From NCBI GenBank assembly GCA_003568775.1, contig MWMI01000002.1, positions 67,161 through 99,160 of the forward strand: a DNA stretch of 32,000 nucleotides. Direction: 5' to 3'. The translations under genes were made by a program, and so were the position numbers. Positions 1 to 8,521 of the stretch are shown one piece after another (the stretch's first letter is position 1; every line of letters begins with the position of its first letter). The notes below the pieces were generated by a model. The model ran no database searches. It worked only from the letters and a program-made list of their open reading frames with translations, and was not told where the DNA came from. The stretch is from Candidatus Nanoclepta minutus. Lineage in GTDB: Archaea; Nanobdellota; Nanobdellia; Nanobdellales; Nanobdellaceae.

Positions 1-268
1 GATAAACGCTTCTTTTTAAACTTTCCCATAATTTAGGATAACGAATAAGAACTTGATCTAAAGTCAAAGCCTCTTCAAAATCTTCTATTGAAGGAGGTAA
101 AACTACAATTCTAAGTCCTTTTATTATTGGTGTATATGGAATATCATTTCCATCAAAAGGAGAATCTACAACAACAGCATCTGCCAAATCTACTTCATTT
201 CTATATTGAGGAAAGTATTCAACAACAAATTCTTTTGCTTCCCTCCATGCTTTTGCAATATTATCCAT
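1..268 (-). CDS. Partial CDS running off the left edge (hypothetical protein; N-terminus MDNIAKAWREAKEFVVEYFPQYRNEVDLADAVVVDSPFDGNDIPYTPIIKGLR...)
   Basis: Open minus-strand frame from an ATG at 268 to the window edge, codon usage like neighbouring genes; not in the supplied ORF track because it is truncated. Confidence 0.6.
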   Translation of the reverse strand, partial: MDNIAKAWREAKEFVVEYFPQYRNEVDLADAVVVDSPFDGNDIPYTPIIKGLRIVVLPPSIEDFEEALTLDQVLIRYPKLWESLKRSVY

Positions 269-377
269 ATTTCTTTATACCGATATGAAAAACATTTAAG
301 TCTTACTGTTAGTTTAAAAATTATCAAATACTAATAAAAAATTAGAGAATAATTGAAAATATAAAAAAATATTAACT

Positions 378-779
378 CTATAACCTTCTTCCCCTCTTTC
401 CACCCTTTCTCCTACATCCGTCGTGTGGAATTGGTGTTACATCTTCTATAACACCTACCTTCAATCCCGATGTAATCAATGTCTTTATGGCAAACTGTGC
501 AGCTACTGTAGGAACCCATGGACCGTTATGTCCACCAGGTGCTCTTAGCCTTATATGAACTGCCGTAATACCCTTTTCCAATGCTTTTTGTGCGGCAAGC
601 TTTGCAGCTAGCATCGCTGCAGTTGGTGTTCCTTCCAACCTATCAGCATGCACAACCATTCCTCCACTTCCAACAGCAATCGTCTCTGAACCAGTTATAT
701 CTGTGATATGAATGATAGTATCGTTTTTAGACGAGTAAATATGTGCAATTCCCCATCTCTCCTTTTTCTTTTCAGACAT
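378..779 (-). CDS. rps11: 30S ribosomal protein uS11 (S11)
   Basis: Characteristic S11 sequence: [27 protein letters not shown]..., [71 protein letters not shown]. Confidence 0.97.
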   Translation of the reverse strand: MSEKKKERWGIAHIYSSKNDTIIHITDITGSETIAVGSGGMVVHADRLEGTPTAAMLAAKLAAQKALEKGITAVHIRLRAPGGHNGPWVPTVAAQFAIKTLITSGLKVGVIEDVTPIPHDGCRRKGGKRGRRL

Positions 780-852
780 AAGATTATTTTTATAGAGAAC
801 CTTAAAAAGTTTTCAAAAGGAAAGCCTGAATCATATCAAAAGTTAAAAGTAT

Positions 853-860
853 TTTAAATA
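853..860 (+). promoter_or_regulatory. Putative TATA box for the tRNA at 880
   Basis: AT-rich element tttaaata centred about 24 nt upstream of the tRNA 5' end, the expected archaeal spacing. Confidence 0.45.
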
Positions 861-879
861 GCTAATAGTCAAATAATAT

Positions 880-989
880 GCCGCCGTAGCTCAGGGGTTA
901 GAGCGCCTGGCTCATAACGGAAGTTATGAGCGATGATCGGTGATTAGTGGGAAACCAGGAGGTCGGGGGTTCAAATCCCCCCGGCGGCA
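880..989 (+). tRNA. tRNA with CAU anticodon (elongator Met-type; Ile2 not excluded), interrupted by a 37-nt intron at 917-953 (canonical 37/38 position)
   Basis: Acceptor GCCGCCG/CGGCGGC, D arm GCTC..GAGC, anticodon stem CCTGG/CCAGG with loop CTCATA|intron|A, T arm GGGGG-TTCAAAT-CCCCC, discriminator A. A bulge-helix-bulge fits: CTCA pairs with TGGG (948-951) with bulges TAA and AAA. Confidence 0.93.
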
Positions 990-1025
990 TAAATTTTAAT
1001 TAAACTTTAAAGCTATATTTTTCTT

Positions 1026-1406
1026 ATGAGGATCTTAGAAAGGATAGATTTGCTAAAAGTTGGAGTATTTTTGATAGGTATCAGTGCCCTTATAATAAGC
1101 ATAATTCTATTACACATGTATATAACACAGCAGCAGAAATATGATATAAAGGATTTCTATGTAAATTGTCTAAAGGAACCTAAAGGCTTCTCAATAACAA
1201 TAGACGCTTACTCTACAGACTTGAAGAATGTAAGGGTTATTAACGATAACATTACTCTATGTGAGTTTATTGAAATACCTAAGAGATCCCAAGAAGTTTG
1301 TAAAGTATCGGGAGAAGGGACGTATATTATATCTGCGTTAATAGATAACAAAGAAATTAAAAAGGTAGTATATTGCAGAAACTATTCCTATATTCCTTTG
1401 GATTAA
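1026..1406 (+). CDS. Hypothetical protein with one N-terminal transmembrane helix
   Basis: 126-aa ORF; hydrophobic segment VGVFLIGISALIISIILLHMYI near the N-terminus, polar extracytoplasmic remainder. Confidence 0.7.
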   Translation: MRILERIDLLKVGVFLIGISALIISIILLHMYITQQQKYDIKDFYVNCLKEPKGFSITIDAYSTDLKNVRVINDNITLCEFIEIPKRSQEVCKVSGEGTYIISALIDNKEIKKVVYCRNYSYIPLD

Positions 1407-1409
1407 CAG

Positions 1410-2075
1410 CTATTCCAAAACTGCCTTTTTTATGATATATTCCCCCTCATAACTTCCAAGAATCCTTTTTTCAGCTTCTATTATCCTAATTCTCTTCCTA
1501 AACAGTGGCATATATAAGACAAAGGTTTCATATTCCCCACCTTCTCCAACCAAATTAGCCCTAGCTCTTTTTAAATATTCTAAAAACTCTTCATCAATTT
1601 TTCTACCTAAAAACTTTTCTTCAAACGGATATATAGCTATTCTAGTTACTATTACCTCAAAACCTAATTCTAAAATCTCTTTGATTATTTCCTCTTCATC
1701 TTTTTGCCATAAAGGAGCGATAATCTGCAAACCCAATTCTTCAAAAATCCTCTTAAACCTATCAAACTGATAGCTAGATTTTATAGCACCTGTAAAAACC
1801 CCTTTAATACCATATTCCTCTCTTGCTTTACTCAGAAGATCCTTTAATACTCTCATCTGCCTCTCTTCATCATCCTCAGAATAATCATAAACTAAAGGTA
1901 TTCCTAAAGCTTCTGATTGCAGCTTTACTAACTCTGAGTTAGGATAATGGAACAACATGCTCTCAGAAGACTTTGGAATAATGGTAATCAAACATTTTAC
2001 ATCATAAAGTTTTGATGCATAATATAAGGCTAGATTGGAATCCTTTCCACCAGAATACAATACACCTACTTTCAT
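1410..2075 (-). CDS. PP-loop ATP-binding protein of the diphthine-ammonia ligase (Dph6/MJ0570) family
   Basis: PP-loop signature MKVGVLYSGGKDSNLALYYA, plus GVFTGAIKSSYQFDRFKRIFEELGLQIIAPLW and NLVGEGGEYETFVLYMP typical of the family. Confidence 0.9.
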   Translation of the reverse strand: MKVGVLYSGGKDSNLALYYASKLYDVKCLITIIPKSSESMLFHYPNSELVKLQSEALGIPLVYDYSEDDEERQMRVLKDLLSKAREEYGIKGVFTGAIKSSYQFDRFKRIFEELGLQIIAPLWQKDEEEIIKEILELGFEVIVTRIAIYPFEEKFLGRKIDEEFLEYLKRARANLVGEGGEYETFVLYMPLFRKRIRIIEAEKRILGSYEGEYIIKKAVLE

Positions 2076-2102
2076 AATAGAGATTGTTTAATATATTCTT
2101 AA

Positions 2103-2178
2103 AGCCGCGGCGGGGATTCGAACCCCGGATATAAGAGGGTCTGCAGCCCTCCCCCTTAGGCCGCTCGGGCACCGCGGC
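2103..2178 (-). tRNA. tRNA-Cys (anticodon GCA)
   Basis: Reverse complement GCCGCGG-TG-CCCGAGCGGCCTAAGGGG-GAGGG-CTGCAGA-CCCTC-TTATATC-CGGGG-TTCGAAT-CCCCG-CCGCGGC-T; anticodon GCA, discriminator U as expected for Cys. Confidence 0.92.
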
Positions 2179-2210
2179 ATATATTAAATTTTTTTACATA
2201 AAAATATATA

Positions 2211-2804
2211 ATGGTTGAAAGGGATCACTTTTACACTTTCTGTATAATAAATAAGGATCTCGTAAAGAAATCAGAAGTTTCAAACTTCCTATTGTTCATG
2301 GAATTCTTAGAAAAAACTCTATCGGAATTCCCAAGGATTCAAGAAGAAGACTTTGAGTTAATAAAGTATTTACTATCAAACTTATATCTAATATTTGCAA
2401 ATCAAAAGTTTGGGGAAGATTTCTTGAAATATGTTGTATATTTAGAAGAAAAGGCAAAAAAATTGGAGGAGGAAGGCAAAAAAATTGTAAAAGACTTTAT
2501 AGATTTTTCTTCAATAGAAGATCAAACAATAAAAGAATTAAATAATTTGAGGATAAATGCAAGAATATTGGAGAACCTTTTTTGGAATGCTGCAAGAGAG
2601 ATTAATAGGAAAGAAGGGATAATCCTAGTTATCCCACAATTCCTGAACGTTTTATCTAAATTCGTTTTCTGGTACATCGCAGTAAATTTCAAAGATAAAA
2701 TAAAATATATAAGGAGGGACTTTAAAGAAGTTAAGTTTAATGAAGAACTATACAAAAAGTACTTAGAAACTTATAAGAAAGTTACTCTAGATGATTATCT
2801 ATGA
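2211..2804 (+). CDS. Hypothetical protein (alpha-helical)
   Basis: 197-aa ORF overlapping the start of the next gene by 4 nt; no family recognised. Confidence 0.7.
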   Translation: MVERDHFYTFCIINKDLVKKSEVSNFLLFMEFLEKTLSEFPRIQEEDFELIKYLLSNLYLIFANQKFGEDFLKYVVYLEEKAKKLEEEGKKIVKDFIDFSSIEDQTIKELNNLRINARILENLFWNAAREINRKEGIILVIPQFLNVLSKFVFWYIAVNFKDKIKYIRRDFKEVKFNEELYKKYLETYKKVTLDDYL

Positions 2805-4105
2805 AATTTCATATAATAACCATAGGTTGCATATTGAATAGATCTGAATCTCAAAGAATGAGATATTTACTTGAAAGAGAAGGACATGAATATACTGATA
2901 ACCCTGAAGAGGCAGATATATTGATTATAAATACCTGTACTGTTAAAACACCATCCGAAAACAAAACTTATAGATTATTGAGGGATTATAAAGACAAAAA
3001 AATAATATTAACTGGCTGTTTGATTCAACATCAACCAGAAAAGTTTGAAAGTTATCCTTTAGTCGGAATTTATGAGATAGATAAAATCGTAGATGCAGTT
3101 AAAAACCTATTAAGTGGAAAAATTGTAAAATACTTGGAAATAAAGAGAATCAACAAATTGAGCATTCCATCCATCGATAAATATCCGATTAAGATTATTC
3201 CAATTCAAGAGGGTTGTTTATGGAACTGTGCCTATTGTGCAACAAAACTGGCAAGAAGTTTATTACAAAGCTTCCCACCAAGAGATATATATTTAGAGAT
3301 TCGAGATGCTGTAAAGAAAAACTTAAGGATGATATATTTTACTGGAACAGATCTAGCTGCTTATGGAATAGATTTAGGGATAAACTTGGCAGATTTATTA
3401 TATAGAGTAAGAGAGATAGCTGGAGATTTTTATATAAGGGTTGGTATGGCAAATCCCGGAATAATAAATAAGTTCATAGAAAAGCTATTAGATTCCTATG
3501 ATCATCCAAGGATACTCAAGTTCTTCCATATCCCAGTACAATCTGGATCTAATAGAGTTTTGAAAAGCATGGGGAGGGGATATACTATCGAAGAGTTCTA
3601 CGAATTAGTTAAAAAAATTAGAAAGAGATATTATGAAGCTAGCCTAGCAACCGATATAATAGTTGGATATCCTACCGAAACTGAAGAAGATTTTAAGAAA
3701 ACATTAGAAATGATAGAAGAAATTAAGTTTGATGTAATAAATTTGTCTAAGTTTTGGCCAAGACAAAAAACTCCTGCATTTTATATAAAACCTTTAAAAG
3801 GTGAAATAGTTAAGGATAGGTCCAGAACTGTTAAAAGATTATTCGATACAACTGCAAGGGATAGGAATAAGATCTGGATAGGTTGGGAGGGATACTGTAT
3901 TGTAGAGGATAGAGGAAGAGGTAATAGTTGGGTATGCAGGAACTATGCCTATAAACAAATAATAGTAAAGAACAATGAAAACCTGTTAGGAAAAATATTG
4001 AAAGTTAGGGTAGAAAATGTTACTGCTGTAGATTTAAGAGCAAAGATTATTGATAAAGTTGAGGATCCTTATCCTGGAATTTTGGAAGAAAAGAAACTAT
4101 ATTAA
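2801..4105 (+). CDS. Radical SAM MiaB-like methylthiotransferase (archaeal/eukaryotic tRNA t6A37 methylthiotransferase type)
   Basis: UPF0004 N-terminal domain (TIGCILNRSESQRM..., NTCTVKTPSE..., LTGCLIQ), radical SAM motif CLWNCAYCATKLAR, HIPVQSGSNRVLKSMGRGYT and a TRAM-like C-terminus. Confidence 0.94.
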   Translation: MKFHIITIGCILNRSESQRMRYLLEREGHEYTDNPEEADILIINTCTVKTPSENKTYRLLRDYKDKKIILTGCLIQHQPEKFESYPLVGIYEIDKIVDAVKNLLSGKIVKYLEIKRINKLSIPSIDKYPIKIIPIQEGCLWNCAYCATKLARSLLQSFPPRDIYLEIRDAVKKNLRMIYFTGTDLAAYGIDLGINLADLLYRVREIAGDFYIRVGMANPGIINKFIEKLLDSYDHPRILKFFHIPVQSGSNRVLKSMGRGYTIEEFYELVKKIRKRYYEASLATDIIVGYPTETEEDFKKTLEMIEEIKFDVINLSKFWPRQKTPAFYIKPLKGEIVKDRSRTVKRLFDTTARDRNKIWIGWEGYCIVEDRGRGNSWVCRNYAYKQIIVKNNENLLGKILKVRVENVTAVDLRAKIIDKVEDPYPGILEEKKLY

Positions 4106-4746
4106 ATCTCAAACACTAATGGTTTCTTATGAATGAAGAAAGAAACGTTATAAACTTCTGTATTACCAAATTTATAATACCAGTTTTTTGCAAAGTGTGA
4201 ATGTCCATGAAATGCTAAAATTATTTTATTTGAGTACTTCCTAACTAATTCTTCCATTTCCCTTGAATAAAGACCGAATACATAGCCCGGATCCCCCTTT
4301 ATCGTTTCTAAACAAAAAGAATAGTGGGATATAAAAACAACCTTCCCATCTATGTTGCTAAGTATATCGTTTAGTTTTCTAAGCATTAAATCCTTTTTGG
4401 GATAAATTATAGATTTCCTCCAATCTGGAAATCCAGAAGTACCAACGAAATAAATATTACCTATTTTTAAGTATTCGTTATCCAACCATCCCATAAAACC
4501 GTATTCCTTTTTGTATTTCTCCCAATTATTTGGATGTTCGTTATTCCCAAAAACAGAAATTATCTTTATTTCACCAAATTTCTCTCTTAAGATGTAATAA
4601 AGCTTTTTTAGATAAATATGATTATCTCTATCTACAGTATCACCAGCGAATATAAATACCTCTATATCCCCTAAACCTTTAATGGACTCCTGAAAAGCCT
4701 TCAAGTACAATGGAAGATGGAGATCCGATGTAACGGCTATACGCAT
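4102..4746 (-). CDS. Calcineurin-like metallophosphoesterase
   Basis: Motifs TSDLHLP, FAGDTVDRDNHI, VFGNNEHP, ISHYS and FHGHSHFAK. Confidence 0.88.
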   Translation of the reverse strand: MRIAVTSDLHLPLYLKAFQESIKGLGDIEVFIFAGDTVDRDNHIYLKKLYYILREKFGEIKIISVFGNNEHPNNWEKYKKEYGFMGWLDNEYLKIGNIYFVGTSGFPDWRKSIIYPKKDLMLRKLNDILSNIDGKVVFISHYSFCLETIKGDPGYVFGLYSREMEELVRKYSNKIILAFHGHSHFAKNWYYKFGNTEVYNVSFFIHKKPLVFEI

Positions 4747-4766
4747 ATAAGACTACCTAACTGCAA

Positions 4767-4795
4767 ATTTTTTATATGTATATATAATATATAAT
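4767..4795 (+). promoter_or_regulatory. Putative archaeal TATA region for the leaderless gene at 4798
   Basis: Dense TATA-like tract (ttttttatatgtatatataatatataat) in the 50-bp divergent intergenic space immediately before the ATG. Confidence 0.4.
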
Positions 4796-4797
4796 AT

Positions 4798-5106
4798 ATG
4801 GCCGAGATAGAAGTAGAGATAATAAGACCTGTAAATCCTGCTGGTAGAAGCTTTATAACGAACGTCTATGGAGCCGTAGCAGCTAGAGACAGGGAGATTA
4901 TAGACAAGTATAAGAGGGAGTTCACAAAAATCGTACAAAGATTAGGATTTAAGATAGAGGAAACAATAGGTACAGGAAAGCTAATTACGGGAAAGATAGT
5001 ATTGGTAGTTGATGAAAATAAGAAACCATTAAAGGCTTATTCATTAGAAATAAGTGTTTGGAACATAGAAAAAACTTTAAAGGAGAAAATAGAGGTAGCT
5101 CTGTAA
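4798..5106 (+). CDS. Hypothetical small protein
   Basis: 102-aa ORF with good codon usage and a strong AT-rich promoter-like upstream region; no confident family. Confidence 0.7.
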   Translation: MAEIEVEIIRPVNPAGRSFITNVYGAVAARDREIIDKYKREFTKIVQRLGFKIEETIGTGKLITGKIVLVVDENKKPLKAYSLEISVWNIEKTLKEKIEVAL

Positions 5107-5141
5107 CCTTTTTAAATTCCTAAAATTCCTTATTATTTTTT

Positions 5142-5459
5142 ATGAAGAGTATTAAGGATATTAAGGATAAGATTTTAAAACATGATAAAAAGGTTAATGA
5201 ACAAGAAATAGAGATTTTAAATAATATAAAAGGAGAAATAGAAAGATTTAAAGAGAAATTAAATGAAATAATGGATTACATAAAATATTTAGAAGACTTT
5301 AATATATATGAAATATATAAAAAGCCTAGATTAAAGGAAGAAGAAATTGAAATATTATATAACTTATATATGAAATATAGAGAACTATCCGAATCTTTTT
5401 CTAATCTTTATGAGAAGATTTTAAGGTATTATAAGACAGTAAAAAGAGAAATTATCTAA
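5142..5459 (+). CDS. Hypothetical coiled-coil protein
   Basis: 105-aa ORF, Lys/Glu/Ile-rich heptad-like composition; 3' end overlaps convergent rtcA by 8 nt. Confidence 0.6.
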   Translation: MKSIKDIKDKILKHDKKVNEQEIEILNNIKGEIERFKEKLNEIMDYIKYLEDFNIYEIYKKPRLKEEEIEILYNLYMKYRELSESFSNLYEKILRYYKTVKREII

Positions 5460-6516
5460 TATAGATCCTATAACAATCGTCAATTTTTTCAATCTTCACA
5501 CTCAAACTATTCAAAAACTTTTTTACTACCCAAATATTTGTATCTAGATGACCTGTAATCTCTGGTGTTATAAAGCTACCTTTTACTAAAGATAAAATAG
5601 GGATCAAGTTATCCGCTAAATTCTTATCTACAGATGCTCTCCTTTTTAATATCTCTAGAAAATTCTCTGCAGCGATTTTTCCTACAATTTCTGCTCTTAA
5701 CCCTCTTCTTCCCAATAAATCTACCCCAAAGGGATATTTCTTATTAGCAACAATTGTAATAACAGCCCCTGTTGAGAGAGTATTTACATACTCTATCTTC
5801 TTCTTTATTTTAATATCCGTTAATTTACTAAAAACTGCTAAAGCTCCTTTAATCATCCTTTCACATACATTCCTACTCTTTAAATCCATCGAAGCAACTG
5901 AATATATATTAACTTCATCTATCTCCTCAAAGGATATGTCTAAGCTTCCAATAGAGCCTACATCTCTTATGAAATCCCCTATATCCTTATATTGAGAGAC
6001 TGAGAACTTTGGTATAACGTTTACCTCAACCTCTCCACCACCCTTAGGATAGAATCCCCTTCTAACTACCTTTATAGATATATCGGCAAGGATCCTATAA
6101 TAGGGTAGAAGGACATATTGAAAATAATCGAGGGAAGGTGAATGTTCTACATCCGTACCTCCCCTAATCAACAACCTAACCTTTGAATCTGCGAATAGAG
6201 AAGGAAGTAAAACTGCCTGTAACAATAAGGTTATAGATCCTGCAGTACCTATATCCTCTTTATATTTACCTCCATATATCCCATTGGGCCTAAATTCTAC
6301 CTCCATACTTCCAACCTTTATTTCGTTGATATATGCCCTAGTAATTTTACTTAGCATGATTATTGCATGCAAATGCTGCATCTTTAATCCTGGAGGTTTT
6401 CTATTTTTTCTTATGTTTATTATCCTTATTGGCTCTCTAAAAATTGAGGATAGGGCTATTGAAGTCCTAAGTATCTGCCCTCCTCCTTCCCCATAGCTCC
6501 CATCAATAACTATCAT
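5452..6516 (-). CDS. rtcA: RNA 3'-terminal phosphate cyclase
   Basis: IDGSYGEGGGQILRTSIALSSI, RKNRKPPGLKMQHL, GGTDVEHSPSLDYF, RRGFYPKGGGEVEV, GHLDTNIWV. Confidence 0.96.
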   Translation of the reverse strand: MIVIDGSYGEGGGQILRTSIALSSIFREPIRIINIRKNRKPPGLKMQHLHAIIMLSKITRAYINEIKVGSMEVEFRPNGIYGGKYKEDIGTAGSITLLLQAVLLPSLFADSKVRLLIRGGTDVEHSPSLDYFQYVLLPYYRILADISIKVVRRGFYPKGGGEVEVNVIPKFSVSQYKDIGDFIRDVGSIGSLDISFEEIDEVNIYSVASMDLKSRNVCERMIKGALAVFSKLTDIKIKKKIEYVNTLSTGAVITIVANKKYPFGVDLLGRRGLRAEIVGKIAAENFLEILKRRASVDKNLADNLIPILSLVKGSFITPEITGHLDTNIWVVKKFLNSLSVKIEKIDDCYRIYIR

Positions 6517-6546
6517 TAATAAACTATGTAAGTAAGATTATATTAA

Positions 6547-7179
6547 ATGATAGCTATAGATTTCGATGGAACATTAGTTGATAGTTATACAATCATACCG
6601 ATAATCTATAAAAAGTTCCAAGAAGACTATAAACTTCCAGAAGGATTCGTAGATGCAATGCTATGCTTTGAGGATATATGGGATTTCTTTGGAATATTCG
6701 AAAGGAAAAGATGGATAAAATACGTATTTAAAGATGGGGAAAGTCTCTGGGAAGATTATTGGAAAATTAGGGAAGAGAATCAAGTTATGCTCCCGGGGAC
6801 TATAGAATTCTTAAAAAGTGTTAAGAAAGAGTATAACCTATACCTAGTTTCTTCTGTTGATGATACGGAGGACATCAAGATTAGGAGGATAAAATCTTCA
6901 GGCCTTCAGGTATACTTCAAAGATATTATCATATATGGAACTGAAGATTTTCCAACCATATTAGACGCTATAAAGTATTTAATGGAAGAGGAGAAAAAAC
7001 TGATATATATAGATGATAAAAACACTAATATATCGAAGTTGTTAGATTTAAAGAACATTAAGCTGATTAAAAGGATATTCTACCCTCCCTTTCCTTTTAA
7101 GCTAGCCTGGAGATACCCAAATGTTGAAGTAGAATACATAACCAATCTACTGGAAATATTGCCCTACCTTAACGTATAG
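6547..7179 (+). CDS. HAD-superfamily hydrolase-like protein
   Basis: Motif I IAIDFDGTLVDSY, motif II LVSSVDD, motif IV-like LIYIDDKNTN. Confidence 0.8.
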   Translation: MIAIDFDGTLVDSYTIIPIIYKKFQEDYKLPEGFVDAMLCFEDIWDFFGIFERKRWIKYVFKDGESLWEDYWKIREENQVMLPGTIEFLKSVKKEYNLYLVSSVDDTEDIKIRRIKSSGLQVYFKDIIIYGTEDFPTILDAIKYLMEEEKKLIYIDDKNTNISKLLDLKNIKLIKRIFYPPFPFKLAWRYPNVEVEYITNLLEILPYLNV

Positions 7180-7874
7180 TATATTCTCTTATTATTTTTT
7201 CCTCTATTCTCTAGCTTCAATACCTTTATCCCTCCTATTTCCCTCGTATTAGATACATGAGGTCCTCCATCAGCTTGTAAATCTATTCCCTCTATCTCAA
7301 CAATCCTCCACTCCCTAACATTTGGAGGTGATTTTTCCATCAACTTTACAATACCTGGTATCTTCATCGCTTCTTCTCTACTAAGAAAATAAACCTTAAC
7401 AGGAACTCCCCTTTCAATTATTTTGTTTGTTTCTATAACTGCCTCTTCCAAGATGTTCCTCCAGTTATCGGACGATAAGCTATAATCGTCTCTCGCATAT
7501 TCTGGAGTTATTTCTCCACCAGTTATCAAGATATTGTATCTGTTATATAAAACTGCAGACAGAATATGGGCAGCAGTATGAAGCTTCATTAATCTATATC
7601 TTCTATCCCAATCTATCATACCTTTAACTACATCGCCTTCCCTAAACTTAGGCTCTCTATCAAGAACATGCAATGCCTCCTCACCATCCTTTATAACTTC
7701 CTTAACAAAGTATTCTTCATCATTAAAGATCAACTTACCTGTATCACAATCTACTCCACCTGTCCTCGGATGAAATATAGTCTGATCTAAAACAACTCTA
7801 TTTCCCTCTACCCTAACAACCCTAGCCTCAAACTCTTTAATATAGCTATCATACCAATACAAATACTTTGTCAT
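7164..7874 (-). CDS. alaX: Alanyl-tRNA editing protein, AlaX family
   Basis: GGVDCDTGKL, MKLHTAAHILSAVLY (HxxxH), GGEITPEYARDDYSL, DGGPHVSNTREIGGIKVLKLENRGKNNKRIYY. Confidence 0.9.
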   Translation of the reverse strand: MTKYLYWYDSYIKEFEARVVRVEGNRVVLDQTIFHPRTGGVDCDTGKLIFNDEEYFVKEVIKDGEEALHVLDREPKFREGDVVKGMIDWDRRYRLMKLHTAAHILSAVLYNRYNILITGGEITPEYARDDYSLSSDNWRNILEEAVIETNKIIERGVPVKVYFLSREEAMKIPGIVKLMEKSPPNVREWRIVEIEGIDLQADGGPHVSNTREIGGIKVLKLENRGKNNKRIYYTLR

Positions 7875-8521
7875 TATTTAAAGAAATCTTTAATGTTTTT
7901 CTGTCTTTTGTCCCTTATTTTCCTAACGGTAAACCAGGTCTTCCTAACATAATCTTTCAGAATATCATAATGATCTTTTAAAGACTCTATAGTTCTTTCA
8001 TCAGAAGGATAGCCTGAACCAAAATCTACCCCAACTTCCTCCTTTATTTTCTCTATTTCCCTATCTCTAATAACCTTAGCAACTATAGAAGCTGCAGATA
8101 CTATAGGATATTTCTTATCTGCTTTTATTTCAACTATTAACTCTGGCTTATAACTTAATCTATCGTAAATCATCTTCTTAAGCTTCTCGCTATTCCTAAT
8201 AAAAGAATCTATAACTGCTCTATCTGGCCTTAATTCCTCTATTATCTTACATGAATACTTTATCTCTAAGTAATTTAGTTTCCCCTTCTCTACATAGTAA
8301 TCTATGATTGCAGGTGGAATAATGTGATAAGTTGTTCTTACTTCCATCTTCATCAACTCTTCAAATATCTCTTCCCTCCTTTCTCTAGATAACTCCTTAG
8401 AGTCCCTAACTCCTAACTCCCTTAGAATATCCATCTCTCCCTCTTCTATCATGGCCCCTGCTATAACTAATGGCCCTATTACAGGACCCCTGCCAGCCTC
8501 ATCAATCCCTAAAATCCTCAT
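7874..8521 (-). CDS. rnhB: Ribonuclease HII
   Basis: ILGIDEAGRGPVIGPLVIAG, GVRDSKELS, VDSFIRN, VSAASIVAKVIRDREI, GSGYPSD. Confidence 0.97.
   Translation of the reverse strand: MRILGIDEAGRGPVIGPLVIAGAMIEEGEMDILRELGVRDSKELSRERREEIFEELMKMEVRTTYHIIPPAIIDYYVEKGKLNYLEIKYSCKIIEELRPDRAVIDSFIRNSEKLKKMIYDRLSYKPELIVEIKADKKYPIVSAASIVAKVIRDREIEKIKEEVGVDFGSGYPSDERTIESLKDHYDILKDYVRKTWFTVRKIRDKRQKNIKDFFK

Noticed and set aside
917-953. tRNA-Met intron as an embedded C/D box guide RNA
   Set aside because: GCGATGA is only an imperfect box C, no box D (CTGA) is present, and 37 nt is too short for a full C/D sRNA.
1410-2075. Assignment as a biotin/NAD-type or ThiI-type synthetase
   Set aside because: PP-loop plus GEGGEYE(T) motif is specific to the Dph6/MJ0570-type family.
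4753-4938. Minus-strand 61-aa ORF over the start of the 4798 gene
   Set aside because: Covers the promoter tract and antisense of the better ORF; low-complexity Tyr/Ile C-terminus.
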